Shown in pieces: positions 8,356 to 19,192 of a stretch of DNA of 64,000 nt (within the stretch, counting starts at the first letter, position 1; every line of letters begins with the position of its first letter). The notes under the pieces were generated by a model. That model saw nothing but the letters and a program-made list of their open reading frames with translations. It was not told the DNA's origin and searched no databases. Where the stretch lies: the NCBI GenBank assembly GCA_048499675.1, contig JASNZL010000008.1, forward strand, positions 27-64,026, written 5' to 3'. A program made the translations under genes and the position numbers. The stretch comes from Candidatus Zambryskiibacteriota bacterium (lineage in GTDB: Bacteria > Patescibacteriota > Minisyncoccia > Phycocordibacterales > WO2-35-19).

Positions 8356-10323
8356 ATGACAAAATTATTTGATGAATTAAATGAGGCGCAGAGAAAAGCG
8401 GTAGAGACTACCGAGGGACCACTTCTCGTACTTGCCGGAGCAGGAGCCGGCAAAACCAAAACAGTAACGTTTAGAATTTTAAATTTGATTATCTCGGGGG
8501 TAGCTCCAGAAAACATTTTAGCTGTAACTTTTACAAACAAAGCAGCAAAAGAGATGCGAGAGAGGGTGGAGAAGCTTTTGTCTGAGAATATCGAGACCAA
8601 TAGACCTATTTCTACCTCGGGCACACCATTTGTATCAACTTTCCATGGACTTGGAGCCTTCATAATAAAAGAAAATGCAAAAGAGGCAGGAGTAAAGAAG
8701 CATTTTAGTATCTATGATAGGGGAGATTCAAAAAGAGCAATAAAAGAGTCCTTGGAGAAAACTGGCTACAGCGCCAAAGAATTTGAACCAAATAAGATTC
8801 TCTCTGTTATATCGAGAGAAAAAGGAAACTTTGTGAGTGTATCAGATTATTTAGAGAGCGATAGAGGTGGCTACTTCGGCGATATTGTAGCCAAAGTTTG
8901 GCAAGAATATGAACAAATTTTAAAAAAAGAAAACGCTCTTGATTTTGACGACCTTCTTCTCGTCTCAACAAAACTTCTACAAAATGAGGAGATAAGGAAA
9001 AAATACGAGAACAAATGGAAGTATATACACATAGATGAATACCAAGATACAAACAAAGTGCAATACAAAATGATTGAAGCCATTGTAAGAAATCACAAAA
9101 ATATTTGTGCCGTGGGGGATATAGACCAAAATATATATACATGGAGGCATGCAAGTATAAAAAACATAATGAATTTTGAAAAAGATTTTCCAAACGCAAA
9201 TACAGTTGTGCTAGAAGAAAACTACAGATCAACTCAAACCATACTTGCAGTAGCCAACAAAATAATAGAAAAGAATAAATTTAGAAAAGATAAAGTACTG
9301 GTAACCAGAAACGGAGTAGGGGAAAAGGTTGGTATATTTGAAGCGATGACCGAGAATCACGAAGCCGATTTTATTGTAGAAAAAATAAAAGAACTCCAAA
9401 AAAATGGTGTCGCTCTATCTGAAATAGCCGTGCTATATAGGGCAAACTTCCAATCAAGAGTTCTGGAGGAATCATTTCTATCAAAAAATATGCCATACCA
9501 CGTACTCGGTACAAGATTTTTTGAGAGAAAAGAAATAAAAGATATTATGGCCTTTTTGCGTTATTCATTAAACCCAGAAAGTATTTCTGATTTAAAAAGA
9601 ATAATTAATGTCCCACCGAGAGGAATAGGCAAAACTACTTTACTAAAAATAGTTGAGGGTAAAGAAGAAGGTTTGCCAGCAAATATGAGAGCCAAAATTC
9701 ACAATTTTAGAGAACTTTTAAACAGAATAAAAAACTTTGTCTTACATAATAAACCCTCAAGGAGCATTATTTACATCGCAGAAGAAAGCGGTCTTTTAAA
9801 AGAGCTTGACAAGTCAGAAGAAGAAACTGAAAGAATAGAAAACATAAAAGAACTTTCAGTGCTGGCGGGTAGATACGATAATATGTTTTTAGATAATGAA
9901 TCCGGTTTAAATATTCACGAGGAAGCCATAGAAAAATTGATTGAAGATGTATCTCTTGCATCCGATCAAGATGGAGACAAAGAAAACGTAGACGCAGTAA
10001 GGCTTATGACGGTACACGCCTCAAAAGGTCTTGAGTTTTCTTATGTTTTTGTGACCGGTCTAGAAGAAGGATTATTCCCGCACGAAAAAGACGAGAATCT
10101 GAGTGAAGAAGAATCAGAAGAAGAGCGAAGGCTTTTTTATGTCGCCATAACCCGAGCAAAGAAAAAACTTTTTCTCACATATTCACAAACAAGAACAATT
10201 TTCGGAAATAGGGGAGTAAACATTCCTTCAGAATTTGTTCTAGAAATTCCAGAAGAATATAGCGAGCACGAATTTTTGGACTACACCCCCAAACGCAAAC
10301 CCCTTTTGCACATTGAGTTTTAA
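8356..10323 (+). CDS. pcrA: UvrD/PcrA/Rep-family superfamily 1 DNA helicase
   Basis: Walker A LAGAGAGKTKT, TFHGLGA, DEYQDTN (motif II), VGDIDQNIYTWRHA, late motifs TVHASKGLEF and ITRAKKKL. Confidence 0.9.
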   Translation: MTKLFDELNEAQRKAVETTEGPLLVLAGAGAGKTKTVTFRILNLIISGVAPENILAVTFTNKAAKEMRERVEKLLSENIETNRPISTSGTPFVSTFHGLGAFIIKENAKEAGVKKHFSIYDRGDSKRAIKESLEKTGYSAKEFEPNKILSVISREKGNFVSVSDYLESDRGGYFGDIVAKVWQEYEQILKKENALDFDDLLLVSTKLLQNEEIRKKYENKWKYIHIDEYQDTNKVQYKMIEAIVRNHKNICAVGDIDQNIYTWRHASIKNIMNFEKDFPNANTVVLEENYRSTQTILAVANKIIEKNKFRKDKVLVTRNGVGEKVGIFEAMTENHEADFIVEKIKELQKNGVALSEIAVLYRANFQSRVLEESFLSKNMPYHVLGTRFFERKEIKDIMAFLRYSLNPESISDLKRIINVPPRGIGKTTLLKIVEGKEEGLPANMRAKIHNFRELLNRIKNFVLHNKPSRSIIYIAEESGLLKELDKSEEETERIENIKELSVLAGRYDNMFLDNESGLNIHEEAIEKLIEDVSLASDQDGDKENVDAVRLMTVHASKGLEFSYVFVTGLEEGLFPHEKDENLSEEESEEERRLFYVAITRAKKKLFLTYSQTRTIFGNRGVNIPSEFVLEIPEEYSEHEFLDYTPKRKPLLHIEF

Positions 10324-11939
10324 ATCAAAATTAAAATAATAGAAATTAAAACAAACGAAAAGTAATTTTTGAAAATAGGTTTTTCGACGTATGGTTTTGC
10401 AATTACATATGTGTAATTTAGATAACCAAATATTAAACTAGGAAAAATTAGAACGTAATTATTCACAAAAAACGGAACAAGCAAAAAAGCCAAACTGGAA
10501 AGTATCGCAACAACTCTTGGTCCCCACATATCACCAAAAAGCACGGGTACAGTTTGTATCCCTGCTTTTTTGTCACCTTCTATATCTTTCATATCTCGGA
10601 TATTAGAAGAAAGAAAGAAAATGAGAACAACCCCAACTGCAATTTTTGTAGGAAACACCCCTATTTCTTTTATTGGTGATACCAAATAAAAACCAGCAAG
10701 GACTGCCGACAAACAACATAGTCCTATGAGAAACGAAGAGAAGAAAGGGACAATTTTGAACCTTGTGGGGTTGGCACTATACATATAATAAAGAGCGGTA
10801 AAACAAAGCAAAAAGAAAAAAGGTCCAAAACCCGAAAGATATCCTCCAATCAAAGAAAGTATTAGAAAAATTCTAGAAACTTGTTTTGAGTCAAAACTGG
10901 TCAAAGTTTTTTGCACGAGTGGTCTTTCTTGGTTTGTTACTTCATCAATCAAAACATCCTCCTCGTCGTTTACAAAAACCGCAAACATCCAAGAAAAGTA
11001 AAAAGTTAAAAACAAAATTAAAATAGAAAAAATATCAAACCAACTTAAATATATTTTTGGGAAAATAGAGAAAGCAATAATTACTCCAAGCAGAATCATA
11101 AAAATATAATGTGCCACTCTCTCTCCTCTTGAATTTTTCATTACTGCCAAAAACTTTTCTTTTTGATTTTTATAAAACAAAAATAGAGCTGACAAAACTG
11201 CGATAACAAAAAACATTTTTGCCATCATAAAATTAAAAGCAATGTCGAGAACCGTTATGTCCGAAGAGTATTCTAAATAATGAGGAACATTGTTTAAAAT
11301 GGTGCTCGACTCTATTATTGATTTTTGAATATACAGATTTGGCGAATACTTGTAATTGCCCATTTGCCCAACAAGAGAGACAAAACTTGGAAAAGAAAGT
11401 ACAAAAAATATAATGAAATACAACGCGAGAACTGATAGCAGAGATTTGATAATATTTTTTTCACTCAAATAAGATATGAGTCCTATTGAGAGAAGTATCA
11501 GGAAAACTTCAATCTTTATACCAATTGTTATCCCTTGGCTAAAACTATTACCAAAATATGTAAAAAATGATTTTAATATTCCTATTGGTGTTTCAAAAAC
11601 ATATGCAAGCTTAAACCCCGCTCCCATACTGACAACAAAATCAATTAGTGGAGCAATGAAAATAGAAACAAAAAAGACAGCTACAAACTGGAAGGCGGTT
11701 TTTTTGAATTTTTCAAGAAAAACCTGTACAAATATTACAAAAATCAAAGCAACTGCTACAAAAAAAATGTAGTAGTGCATCATAGTAGAAAAATCAGAAA
11801 CAAAAAGAGGGCCGTTTGTGGGACTTGAAAAAGCTTCAAGAAAAAATCTACCAAATATAATCGCGGAGATTCCACCAAGCCAACTTAAAGGAGTAATTTT
11901 TATACTTTCAAAATAATCTTGTAATTTTTTTATAATCAT
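10320..11939 (-). CDS. polytopic membrane protein with C-terminal UbiA-family prenyltransferase domain fused to an extra N-terminal multi-TM domain
   Basis: Asp-rich motifs NDEEDVLID and DMKDIEGDKKAGIQT in the C-terminal half; >12 predicted TM helices overall. Confidence 0.6.
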   Translation of the reverse strand: MIIKKLQDYFESIKITPLSWLGGISAIIFGRFFLEAFSSPTNGPLFVSDFSTMMHYYIFFVAVALIFVIFVQVFLEKFKKTAFQFVAVFFVSIFIAPLIDFVVSMGAGFKLAYVFETPIGILKSFFTYFGNSFSQGITIGIKIEVFLILLSIGLISYLSEKNIIKSLLSVLALYFIIFFVLSFPSFVSLVGQMGNYKYSPNLYIQKSIIESSTILNNVPHYLEYSSDITVLDIAFNFMMAKMFFVIAVLSALFLFYKNQKEKFLAVMKNSRGERVAHYIFMILLGVIIAFSIFPKIYLSWFDIFSILILFLTFYFSWMFAVFVNDEEDVLIDEVTNQERPLVQKTLTSFDSKQVSRIFLILSLIGGYLSGFGPFFFLLCFTALYYMYSANPTRFKIVPFFSSFLIGLCCLSAVLAGFYLVSPIKEIGVFPTKIAVGVVLIFFLSSNIRDMKDIEGDKKAGIQTVPVLFGDMWGPRVVAILSSLAFLLVPFFVNNYVLIFPSLIFGYLNYTYVIAKPYVEKPIFKNYFSFVLISIILILI

Positions 11940-11981
11940 ATGATTTTGTTTTATGTAAATATTATGGTTACATAATACAAT

Positions 11982-12845
11982 ATGGAAGAAAATATGACAG
12001 CCAAAAAACTAGACCATGCAAGGCACGACTTAAAGCGAAGTTTGGGTCAAAATTTCTTGAAAGACCCAAAAATACTTAAAAAGATTGCCGATTTTGCCAA
12101 AATTGACAAAAAAGACACCATAATTGAAGTCGGTCCGGGAGAAGGGACACTCACAGAATTTTTGCTACAAAGAGCGGGCAAAGTTATAGTGATAGAAAAG
12201 GACGACAGAATGGTAGAATTCTTACACCACAAATTCCAACGCCAAATTTTACTGGGCAAGTTACAAATCATTTCTGGTGATGTTTTGAAAATTGAAAATT
12301 TATTAAAAATTGCAAAATTGAAAATTGAAAATTTTATTTTAATCGGTAACATCCCTTACTATATAACCGGAGCATTGTTTAGAAAAATTTTTGAATTAGA
12401 AAATTTACCAAAATCTTTAACTTTTGTAGTCCAAAAAGAAGTTGCGGACAGAATAATGACGAGGTCTGCACACCAAGGGGGAGGGGGGAGTAAAGAAAGT
12501 ATTTTGAGTATTTCGCTCAAAGTATATGGAACACCAAAATATGGAGGAGTAATCAAAGCTGGAAGTTTCTTCCCAAAACCAAAAGTTGATTCGGCAATTA
12601 TTTCAATTGAGAATATTAGTCGGAAAAATCTAAAAAGAGGAGATGAGGAAAGATTTTTTGAAATTTTAAAAGCTGGATTTGCTCACAAAAGAAAGCTGCT
12701 CATAAAAAACCTTGAAAAAATAAGCACGAAACCAAATTTAGAAAAAGTTTTTGACACATTAAAGATACCAAAAAACACAAGGGCTGAGGACTTGAAAGTA
12801 GAGAATTGGCTTCAAATAGCAAAAAAACTTACATATACGAAGTAA
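11982..12845 (+). CDS. rsmA: 16S rRNA (adenine1518/1519-N6) dimethyltransferase KsgA/RsmA, with a short in-frame low-complexity insertion (KIENLLKIAKLKIENF)
   Basis: LGQNFLKDPKIL, EVGPGEGTLT, IGNIPYYITGALF motifs. Confidence 0.9.
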   Translation: MEENMTAKKLDHARHDLKRSLGQNFLKDPKILKKIADFAKIDKKDTIIEVGPGEGTLTEFLLQRAGKVIVIEKDDRMVEFLHHKFQRQILLGKLQIISGDVLKIENLLKIAKLKIENFILIGNIPYYITGALFRKIFELENLPKSLTFVVQKEVADRIMTRSAHQGGGGSKESILSISLKVYGTPKYGGVIKAGSFFPKPKVDSAIISIENISRKNLKRGDEERFFEILKAGFAHKRKLLIKNLEKISTKPNLEKVFDTLKIPKNTRAEDLKVENWLQIAKKLTYTK

Positions 12846-13010
12846 CGAATTGGTTACGAATAGATACGAACAAGAAACGAGGTACGAAGTAGAATTAATC
12901 TAATTACACTAATTAACCTAATTATTCTAAATAATGACTAATTCTCAGTCCTAAATTTAAAATTGGGCATTGAGATTTATTTAGATTAATTAGAAATTAG
13001 AGTAATTACT

Positions 13011-13100
13011 TGTCCCGCGTAGTTTTAACGAAGTGGGACTTGTCCCGCGTAGTTTTAACGAAGTGGGACTTGTCCCGCGCAACTTCAGTGAAGTGGGAGA
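13011..13100. repeat. 3 x 30-bp perfect/near-perfect tandem repeats, each an internal hairpin (GTCCC...GGGAC), at the head of the secretion-like locus
   Basis: tgtcccgcgtagttttaacgaagtgggact repeated twice exactly, third copy tgtcccgcgcaacttcagtgaagtgggaga; no spacers. Confidence 0.8.
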
Positions 13101-13183
13101 ATAATTATTTTTGCCCACCTGTTCCCAAATCCTCTTTCACACTTTTTCTTTCTTTTAAGCTTAGTCTTGTTATAATTATTGTA

Positions 13184-14038
13184 ATGATGGCACCGAGTAA
13201 TAAAGCAATAAGCATAATTGTGATTACTTCAGCTTTTGTAATATTTGTTATTGTTGGTTTTGGTTTTGAAAAATCTTCTAACCTTGTTGGTAGTGCCGAC
13301 AATTTAATAGCTGGTGAAAAAATATTGCCCCCAACGAATCCAAATTGGCAAGAAGATTTAGATAAATTAAACATCCAGAGCAAAGATTTGAGCGGGGCAG
13401 AAACTATCCCAAATAGAGACACAGTGACCGAAGCTCTCTCTATCACACTCGCGTCAAATATTTTGACACATAAACAAAACAATACCCTCACCGAAAGAAC
13501 CGCCTTAGAACTAATAGACAAAAGCCTTGATTTTGTTGATAGTACAGCACCAAAAACAGATTCATTCAAAGTTACTGATTTAAATGTAGTCCCAAATAAC
13601 GGCCAAATCTCAATCAAACAATATGGCGAAAATCTAGGCCTAATCCTCAAAACAAGTAGGCCAGTAAATGCCAAAAATGAGATGCAAATAGTTGGAGATG
13701 CTATAGAAGCAAACAACCCATCAAGAATGAATGAGCTTGATCCTGTAATAATGAATTACCAAAACCTAACCGAAAAATTAGTAAAAATGCCTGTACCAGA
13801 GCTTTTTGTCAAAGCACACTTAGATATGGTTAATGGTTTAAACCAAATCCCATCTTCTTTAAAAGAAGTAAAAAAGGTTTTTGCTGATCCAATGACTGGT
13901 CTGATGTCACTTGAACTCTACAATGATGGCGTTAGTTTGTTTGCTTCAGCAATAAGCGCAACTGTTGAATTTATCAAGTCAAACAAAGTTATTTATGAAC
14001 AAGGCAGTGGTGGTTACTTCTTGTTGTACGGGATATAA
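13184..14038 (+). CDS. N-terminally membrane-anchored extracytoplasmic protein (first gene of the T4SS-like locus). The ATG start at 13184 is chosen; the ORF-track TTG start at 13010 would read through the tandem repeats.
   Basis: MMAPSNKAISIIVITSAFVIFVIVGFGF hydrophobic anchor followed by hydrophilic domain; no family recognised. Confidence 0.45.
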   Translation: MMAPSNKAISIIVITSAFVIFVIVGFGFEKSSNLVGSADNLIAGEKILPPTNPNWQEDLDKLNIQSKDLSGAETIPNRDTVTEALSITLASNILTHKQNNTLTERTALELIDKSLDFVDSTAPKTDSFKVTDLNVVPNNGQISIKQYGENLGLILKTSRPVNAKNEMQIVGDAIEANNPSRMNELDPVIMNYQNLTEKLVKMPVPELFVKAHLDMVNGLNQIPSSLKEVKKVFADPMTGLMSLELYNDGVSLFASAISATVEFIKSNKVIYEQGSGGYFLLYGI

Positions 14039-14222
14039 TTAAGACACGACACCAATAGTAGAGTAAAAAGTTTATAAAGGTGCAAGTTATAAAGTAACAA
14101 GACACAAAATGAGGCAACGAGATACGAGTTACGATATTAGAAATCACAAAACACAGGAAACAAATTACAAATAAAATACAAAAACTCTCGAATTTAAAGT
14201 TTAAAGGGCTTAAAAAGAAAAA

Positions 14223-15362
14223 ATGAAAAGTTTTAATAAAAAAATAATTTCAATACTTCTTGTTCTAATTTTTGTTTTTTCTCCCGTTTTCGCAAACAAA
14301 GCAGAAGCTCAGTGGGTAACATGGGACCCAGGCAACTTCGTACCAAATTGGGGTAAATTTATAAAAGACTGGGGTCTAGATACTTTAGCGTGGTCAATGG
14401 TAAACCTAGTAATAGAAAGAATGGCGGCCCAAACTGTTAATTGGATAAACAGCGGATTTGATGGTTCCCCAGGATTTATTACAGACACTGGAGGATTTTT
14501 TAGAGAAACAGCAGATGGTGTAGCCGGTCAATACATTTTTGAAAACCCAAACTTAAATTTTCTTTGCGGACCGATTAGTGCGAGAATACGATTATCCTTG
14601 GCTCAAAACTATATACAAGACAACGTGAGATGGCAATGTACTGTTACAGACGTTGTGGGCAATGTAGAAAACTTTATGAACGATTTTAGTCAAGGTGGTT
14701 GGGATGGATTTTTTGAACTAACACAAAGACAACAAAACAATCCTGTGGGTGCTTATATGCAAGCCGAGAACGAACTTTTTTGGAGAATAGCTAACAAACA
14801 AGGAACTTTGGATAAAGAGCTCAATTGGGGTCAGGGGATAATGTCATTCAAAACTTGTGACAGAGAACCTCCAAAAGTGGAGGCGAGTGGTGGTGTTCCA
14901 AACGCAGACGGTTCAATCAATTACATAACAACTCCTGGTGAATGTATAAAAGGGACAGAGAAAATTTCAACCCCCGGCTCAGTAATTCAGAGCAAACTAA
15001 ATGAAAGTTTGGGGATGGGTACAAAGAGACTTGAAGTTGCAGACGAAATAAACGAGATAGTAAGTGCTCTTATGAACCAACTTACTCTTCAAGTTATAGG
15101 TGGAGTAGGAAAAGGTCTTAGAAGTTTGAGTAGTCCAAGTACCGGCTCTTCAAATACCCAGACATTTGCTCAAAGACTGGCTTCAAGCACCGCTTCATCA
15201 ACTACAGACTACTTTGGCAATCAACAAGACACCTCAGCACTTGATACGCCACGACCTGATTTGAACCAATCACCAACAGGAGGAACTTTGGTATATCCAC
15301 CGGCACCGGCACCAGAACCGGAGCCATGCAATCCAAACATTGATCCAAATTGTACACCTTAA
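14223..15362 (+). CDS. secreted Trp-rich protein with signal peptide and Pro/Cys-rich C-terminus
   Basis: MKSFNKKIISILLVLIFVFSPVFANKAEA signal; C-terminus PAPAPEPEPCNPNIDPNCTP. Confidence 0.55.
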   Translation: MKSFNKKIISILLVLIFVFSPVFANKAEAQWVTWDPGNFVPNWGKFIKDWGLDTLAWSMVNLVIERMAAQTVNWINSGFDGSPGFITDTGGFFRETADGVAGQYIFENPNLNFLCGPISARIRLSLAQNYIQDNVRWQCTVTDVVGNVENFMNDFSQGGWDGFFELTQRQQNNPVGAYMQAENELFWRIANKQGTLDKELNWGQGIMSFKTCDREPPKVEASGGVPNADGSINYITTPGECIKGTEKISTPGSVIQSKLNESLGMGTKRLEVADEINEIVSALMNQLTLQVIGGVGKGLRSLSSPSTGSSNTQTFAQRLASSTASSTTDYFGNQQDTSALDTPRPDLNQSPTGGTLVYPPAPAPEPEPCNPNIDPNCTP

Positions 15363-15375
15363 GAATATTCAATAA

Positions 15376-17733
15376 ATGACAAAGAGATTTTTAATACTGG
15401 GAATATTTTTTGTAGTTTTAGCGGGAACAATATTTTCTCCTTTAGTTTCTTATGGGCAAAATACCGATGGAGAATGTACTCCTGCTCAAGTAGCGGCTGG
15501 TGGAATAACTCGTCGACCTGGAGATTTTGTAGATGGACGCTTAACAGTTAGCACTTATTGTCAAGTTGCAGGAAGTGCCCCAGATCAAGGAGTTCTAACT
15601 GAAACAGCGAAACAAGCAATGCAAATAGCTGGAGACGGACTTTTCAAGCCACTTTTTTTACCAATAGGCCACTTCCTACTTGGTGTTTCCTCAATCATTC
15701 TCATAACAACTGGTTGGATTTTTGACGGAATTGTAAGTATGACAATTCTCAATGTTGCAGAATACATTGGTACAGGCAGTGAAATGGGCGGAGCTATATC
15801 AATGGCGTGGGGCACACTCCGAGATGTGGCGAATATGTTTTTTATATTTGTCTTGATATTTGCAGCCCTCAAGTCTATGTTTGATTTGGATTTTGGAAAC
15901 GCAAACAAGACTATAAGAAACGTAATCATTGTTGCTCTTCTAATCAACTTCAGTCTTTTCTTTTCAAAAGTTGTAATAGACGCATCAAACGTTGTCGCTT
16001 TGGGTTTTTATAAAGCTATTTCACAAGCAAATACAGCATCTTTTCAAGCATCTGGACAATTAAACACAGGAATAGGTGGTACTGCAAATTTTGAAGGAAT
16101 ATCTGGCGGATATATGAGACTGCTTGGGCTCCAAACATTTTATGGTGCGAGCATTTTAAACGGTTTAAATGTTCAAAGTGTGATTGTGGTATCCGTAATG
16201 GGCTCTATTTTTATGTTGGTTGCCTCAGTAATATTTTTGATTTCTGGAGTTATGTTTGTCGCCCGTTTTGTCATACTTATTTTCCTTATGATACTCTCGC
16301 CTCTGGCGTTTATTGCCATAGCCATCCCCGGAGGTTCTCAAATATTTGATAAATGGAAAAGCGCCCTCATTGACCAGTCATTTTTTGCTCCTCTATTTTT
16401 TGCTTTGACTTGGGTTTCGTTTAAACTTGGGTCTGCCTTAATAACCAAAATGCCAACAGGAGATACAACTTGGGTTGATATTTTTGTTTCAAATCCAGCG
16501 AAACAAAAAGGAATAGTTGTGATTCTCTTGAATTATGTTTTAGTAATCGGATTTTCAATCGCCGCTCTCGTCTTTGCAAAACAAATGGCGAGCAGAACCG
16601 CCGGATTTACCCAAATCTCCGGTGCTATTGGTTCTGGAGCAGTTGGTGGCGCCGCATTTATTGGTAGACAAACAATCGGACGAGGTGCCAATATGATTTC
16701 TGAAAACAAAAGAGAGGCTTGGTCTAAAACCACTCTTGGTAGAGCTGGTCTCTGGATGGCAGATAAAGGCAGGAGTGCAAGTTTCAACGTGGGAGGTCTT
16801 GCAGACACAAAGCTTGGTAAAATGACTGGTGCAAATAAAATACTAGATCCAAATATAATTGGCAAAACTACTGGTGTAGGTGGATTTGCAAAGGCGACAG
16901 AAGAAAAAGCAAAGAAAAAAGCTGAATATGCTAAGAGGGTATACGGACAAACAAGCGACGAAAATGAAGCTCTAAGAAGAATGGAGTTGGCTTACAAGGG
17001 AGGTTTTGATGAAAACGGCGAGCCAATAAAGGGGCTTGAGAATGAATTGAGTGAGATGAAGAGACAAGAAGAAGAGGTAATAAAAAAATCCAGAAAAGAA
17101 AATGTTGAATTAGCTCAAAAGGCCGAGGAAGAAGCTCAAACAAAGGTTGAAGAAAACAGGAGAGCATTAGAAAAAGCAAAAACATCGATGATGCCGGAGC
17201 AAATAAAAGTAGCAAAAATGAAGCTTGAAGAATCCGAAAGAGATTTAGAATTAAATAAGATAAAACACAAAGAAGCCATACAAAAACAAACTTCTAAAAT
17301 TGAGGATGATGAATTTTCTGAAGAATTAAAGACTTTGGAGAGAGAAGCAAACGAAGCAAAAATAAATATAGAAAAACAAAAAAATCTTGGTAAGGTAAGA
17401 CAACTTGAATACGCAAAAAGATTAGAAAAAACACCTCTCGTTGCAGAAGGATTGGGTGCAGCATCTGGAATATATGGTGGCGCTGCACTTGGTGCATTAT
17501 TTGGACCCTTAGGAATACTTATTGGAGGGGCGGCAGGCGCAGCAACAGGAGCGCATCTTGCTGGAAAATTGGGTAGCGGGGGCGTTGCTTGGGCAGGAAA
17601 TAAGAGTGCTTCGAGGAGTGTCCGCGCCCTTGCCGAAGGAAAAGAAAAAAAAGATAAAAAGAAACTGCAAGAAGATTTGGCTAAAGCGCTTGGAATAGAA
17701 GAGGATAAAAAAGAAGACCAACAACAAAATTAA
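15376..17733 (+). CDS. large polytopic membrane protein, VirB6/TrbL-like candidate, with a long C-terminal coiled-coil/Gly-rich extension
   Basis: signal peptide, >=7 hydrophobic helices in the central ~400 aa, charged coiled-coil tail (KRQEEEVIKKSRKENVELAQKAEEEAQTK) and GxxxG-rich end; architecture rather than motif identity. Confidence 0.45.
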   Translation: MTKRFLILGIFFVVLAGTIFSPLVSYGQNTDGECTPAQVAAGGITRRPGDFVDGRLTVSTYCQVAGSAPDQGVLTETAKQAMQIAGDGLFKPLFLPIGHFLLGVSSIILITTGWIFDGIVSMTILNVAEYIGTGSEMGGAISMAWGTLRDVANMFFIFVLIFAALKSMFDLDFGNANKTIRNVIIVALLINFSLFFSKVVIDASNVVALGFYKAISQANTASFQASGQLNTGIGGTANFEGISGGYMRLLGLQTFYGASILNGLNVQSVIVVSVMGSIFMLVASVIFLISGVMFVARFVILIFLMILSPLAFIAIAIPGGSQIFDKWKSALIDQSFFAPLFFALTWVSFKLGSALITKMPTGDTTWVDIFVSNPAKQKGIVVILLNYVLVIGFSIAALVFAKQMASRTAGFTQISGAIGSGAVGGAAFIGRQTIGRGANMISENKREAWSKTTLGRAGLWMADKGRSASFNVGGLADTKLGKMTGANKILDPNIIGKTTGVGGFAKATEEKAKKKAEYAKRVYGQTSDENEALRRMELAYKGGFDENGEPIKGLENELSEMKRQEEEVIKKSRKENVELAQKAEEEAQTKVEENRRALEKAKTSMMPEQIKVAKMKLEESERDLELNKIKHKEAIQKQTSKIEDDEFSEELKTLEREANEAKINIEKQKNLGKVRQLEYAKRLEKTPLVAEGLGAASGIYGGAALGALFGPLGILIGGAAGAATGAHLAGKLGSGGVAWAGNKSASRSVRALAEGKEKKDKKKLQEDLAKALGIEEDKKEDQQQN

Positions 17734-17743
17734 CCGAAACAAA

Positions 17744-18325
17744 ATGGATAATACAAAAGAATTATTGATACAAAAAATAGAATCTTTACCCAAAGCATAT
17801 AAAAGCTATATTTTGAGTAAGGAATGGGTTAAAAATTTATCTGAAACTTTTTTAGGTTTTACTTTTGATGAATGGCAAATAACTTCTATTGAAAATGAAG
17901 TATTTATTGTACTTGTTGGTTTAGAGCCATACACAAATCTATCAGAAAATATTTCAAAAGAAGCGGAAATTGACATAGAAACAGCAAACAAAATAGCGGT
18001 GGGTATAATAAATAAAATACTTGGACCAATAACAGAAAAATTTAGAAAAGATTTTGGTATCCCCGAAGAAACAAAACAGCCAGAAAAAACAAACCCGATA
18101 GGAAAATCATTTGAAGAAACAATATTAAACCAAGCGAGAGGGATGATGCCTGCCCGCCACGCTTCGCAAAGCGATGCGGGCGGGCCTGCCCGTCCTGCGA
18201 ACGAAGATACGAGTTACGAGATACGAGATGAGGCAAATAAAAAAATAGAGGAAAACAACAAACCAAATGTTCCATTACCTAATTATTCTGGAGGAAACGA
18301 TCCGTATAGAGAACCAATTCAATAA
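17744..18325 (+). CDS. acidic hypothetical protein carrying an in-frame GC-rich hairpin + heptamer-repeat insertion (MPARHASQSDAGGPARPANEDTSYEIRDE)
   Basis: ORF continuity through the insertion at 18149-18228. Confidence 0.5.
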   Translation: MDNTKELLIQKIESLPKAYKSYILSKEWVKNLSETFLGFTFDEWQITSIENEVFIVLVGLEPYTNLSENISKEAEIDIETANKIAVGIINKILGPITEKFRKDFGIPEETKQPEKTNPIGKSFEETILNQARGMMPARHASQSDAGGPARPANEDTSYEIRDEANKKIEENNKPNVPLPNYSGGNDPYREPIQ

Positions 18326-18454
18326 TTACCTAATTCCTAATTGCCCTAATTAATCTAAACAAATCCAAAGGCCTAATTTTAAAATTGGGAATTGTAGATT
18401 AGTCATTATTTAGAATAATTAGTATAATTAGATTAATTAGAATAATTTAACCCT

Positions 18455-18889
18455 ATGCGTTTTCAAATACCACAATTTATTGATGTAGAAGACCAAATAC
18501 TTGGCCCTTTTACTTTAAAACAGTTTATTTACATTGCAGGAGGCGCAAGCGTTGCTTTGATTTTTGTAACCCTACTTGGTGTTTTTTGGGGACTTTTAGT
18601 TTCTTCTCCAATTGTAATTCTCGCTCTAGCTCTGGCTTTTTACAAAATAAACAACAGACCGTTTATAAACACCCTCGAGTCAGCATTTAAATATATGATC
18701 AAAGACAAACTCTATATTTGGCACAAAAAAGAGCCTGAGGAAAAAGAAGCAGACTCTAGTACCGACAAAAAATTTAGCTCGCTTGTTGTGCCCAACTTAT
18801 CCCAAAGTAAACTCAAGGATATGAACTGGGAATTAGATGTGAAGAAGAAGGAAAACGAGTTACGAGATACGAGTAACGAGATACGATAA
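18455..18889 (+). CDS. small two-TM membrane protein, VirB3/PrgI-like candidate; C-terminus encoded by heptamer repeats (ENELRDTSNEIR)
   Basis: MRFQIPQFIDVEDQILGPFTLKQFIYIAGG followed by two hydrophobic helices; lies immediately upstream of the VirB4 gene, as VirB3 does. Confidence 0.5.
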   Translation: MRFQIPQFIDVEDQILGPFTLKQFIYIAGGASVALIFVTLLGVFWGLLVSSPIVILALALAFYKINNRPFINTLESAFKYMIKDKLYIWHKKEPEEKEADSSTDKKFSSLVVPNLSQSKLKDMNWELDVKKKENELRDTSNEIR

Positions 18890-19192
18890 AAAGATTTTGA
18901 AAATTTAAAATTTAATAAGAGTTAAAACTTAAAAGCGTTTTTGTTTATATAAAAAATTTTAACAGTTAACTCTTTTCATTCCTAGGGTTGTTTTAATCTT
19001 TAAATGATTAATTCAAAATAAAGAATGAATATAACTAATAACAAAGGATATAATACGGTGTATTTAAATTTTTTTATTTTATAAGTGGTGCAAATCAAAA
19101 AATAGGATTATAATCATTAATATAGATTTGGTTGTTTATTTTAAAAATTAATTCGTACTTCGTTACTCGTACCTCGTAACTCGTCCATTTTT

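Noticed and set aside
13011-13100. Possible CRISPR array (30-bp partially palindromic repeats)
   Set aside because: The repeats are directly adjacent with no spacers. There are only three units. No cas genes are nearby.
13010-13183. N-terminal extension of the 13010 ORF (SRVVLTKWDLSRVVLTKWDL...) as a genuine repeat-containing protein
   Set aside because: It starts at TTG and is simply the translation of the 30-bp tandem DNA hairpins. A normal ATG followed by a hydrophobic anchor occurs at 13184.
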